A stretch of 64,000 nt of DNA from Chlamydiota bacterium (GTDB lineage: Bacteria; Chlamydiota; Chlamydiia; Chlamydiales; Parachlamydiaceae), in contig JABDCX010000001.1 in the NCBI GenBank assembly GCA_013287915.1, positions 8,876 to 72,875 on the forward strand, in the 5' to 3' direction. Within the stretch, counting starts at the first letter, position 1, and each line of letters starts with the position of its first letter. A program made the translations under genes and the position numbers. The notes below the pieces were generated by a model that had not been told where the DNA came from, did not search any database, and was given only the letters and a program-made list of their open reading frames with translations. Below are positions 62,905-64,000 of the stretch, piece after piece.

Positions 62905-64000
62905 GTTTCCCCCTTATTTCCACCTATGGGTTGTTTCTGCAGGGAGTAGGTAGGCTTGCTTAAAGTGCCTCCAATCGTGACGTTAAACAGCTCGGCCAAT
63001 TTAAAAATGAGATTGTATTGCTTCATCTTAATTTGCACGTGCACGTTGCCATCAAAATCGACGTAGGAGGGGTATCCGTTGTGCACTAAGGAGAACTTAG
63101 ATAAACGCCCTTTGCTATACACGTCTTTGAATTTCTTCAAAACAACTTTGCCATCAGCGATCTCAAATTCGACGTTTCCCCGAATAGGCGTCAAAGCCCC
63201 TAAATCGAGGCCAATGCGCGTCAACAATTCAGCCGGAACTGCGAAAATCGTGTGTTGAAAATTTTTCTTCTGTGGATTGACAAAATGGAGTTTCCCCTGG
63301 CCTCGAAACGTATTGCGGTCCGCTAAGTATCCATACACATCAGTGATCTCTGCAGCACGGATGACGAGCGATTTTTTGATCGTATTCTGCGAAGGAACAA
63401 CGGTCTCAAGAGCGCTTGGACGCATCTCTTTTACCAACAGCGAGGGGATAAAGAGTTGCCACTGATCAAAGGGATCTGGTGTGCTCGTCATCTGTGGGAT
63501 CGAGATCTGACCCGATTCGTCTGAGATTGCCATTTGCGTGACAGTCGCAAAAAGGGGTTGATAATCGACATGGGCTGACAAATGGTCGAATCGGTATCCC
63601 ATAAAATCAAAACTTGATCCCAACAACTCTCCCTGGAAATACAAGCGATCGCCAAAGGCTTTCCCTTGGCTCTTATCAAACCCATACCTGCCGTAAAGGG
63701 CATACCCCTGGCCGAGTTGTGCACCCGCAACCCCAGCAGCCTGTTCGTGGGTCATCAATTTGAATGCTTGGTTAAAGTCGATTGCAACGGTCCCCACAAG
63801 GTAGTGAAAATGGGGATTGAGCTGAAATTCGGGATCGGGTGCCAGATCGACAGTCACTCCAGATAAGTGTCCGCGCACCTTCTCAATCGAAAACCCATGT
63901 GGCTCCACAGCGCTCCAACGGATTGATAGGGGGGAGAGTGTGTGCGTCTGCTGTATCGATTTTGCATCGGCGATGATCACTTCACCGCGGTCGTAATTCG
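62901..64000 (-). CDS. C-terminal part of a larger protein continuing beyond the window (possibly AsmA/TamB-like envelope protein)
   Basis: The frame stays open from 63980 to the window edge (...NYDRGEVIIADAK...), and the ORF-track start at 63980 is an internal GTG. The composition is beta-rich and the end is GGTLSKPTYSLQ-like. The family assignment is speculative. The stop overlaps the next gene's start (ATGA). Confidence 0.5.
   Translation of the reverse strand, partial: NYDRGEVIIADAKSIQQTHTLSPLSIRWSAVEPHGFSIEKVRGHLSGVTVDLAPDPEFQLNPHFHYLVGTVAIDFNQAFKLMTHEQAAGVAGAQLGQGYALYGRYGFDKSQGKAFGDRLYFQGELLGSSFDFMGYRFDHLSAHVDYQPLFATVTQMAISDESGQISIPQMTSTPDPFDQWQLFIPSLLVKEMRPSALETVVPSQNTIKKSLVIRAAEITDVYGYLADRNTFRGQGKLHFVNPQKKNFQHTIFAVPAELLTRIGLDLGALTPIRGNVEFEIADGKVVLKKFKDVYSKGRLSKFSLVHNGYPSYVDFDGNVHVQIKMKQYNLIFKLAELFNVTIGGTLSKPTYSLQKQPIGGNKGET

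Overview
This 64-kb chromosomal window reads like an environmental, amoeba-associated member of the Chlamydiae; that placement is an inference from gene content. It contains about 40 protein genes, 2 tRNAs (Arg-ACG, Ser-GCU), and no rRNA, CRISPR array or intact transposase or integrase. Housekeeping and metabolism genes include groES/groEL behind a CIRCE-like dyad, gpsA, nnr, pcnB-like, uvrD/pcrA-like, putA, ahpC, corA, an acyl-CoA dehydrogenase, an MBL hydrolase, a histidine phosphatase, a monomeric B12-dependent class II ribonucleotide reductase, a GT9 glycosyltransferase and a eukaryote-type UDP-sugar pyrophosphorylase. The envelope and host-interaction content is unusually dense. It comprises four tandem cysteine-rich beta-barrel OMP paralogs, a roughly 13.8-kb same-strand array of four autotransporters (one nearly passenger-less) ending in a Host_attach-like gene, and a compacted three-gene Bat (VWA/TPR/BatD/SH3b) operon with overlapping stop/start codons. 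It also includes a secreted GH18 chitinase, an ArnT-like glycosyltransferase next to a small Cys-rich OMP, and a 1160-aa WD40 + Cys-LRR + SH3 + coiled-coil protein that looks like a eukaryote-like effector. The most interesting non-genic signals are three. (i) A nested-palindrome REP/MITE-like family of about 260-290 bp occurs at three loci, and at one locus inverted half-elements flank a 33-codon remnant that matches the C-terminus of IS200-like (RAYT-type) tyrosine transposases. (ii) A highly structured roughly 300-bp leader lies upstream of a class II Fic gene, with two 63-bp units that each carry a 10-mer in direct/inverted/direct order, plus 2.6 copies of a 33-bp palindrome-bearing repeat. 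(iii) A perfect 26-bp-stem hairpin with a GAGA loop sits in a long AT-rich intergenic region. All product calls rest on motifs read by eye and need HMM/BLAST confirmation.
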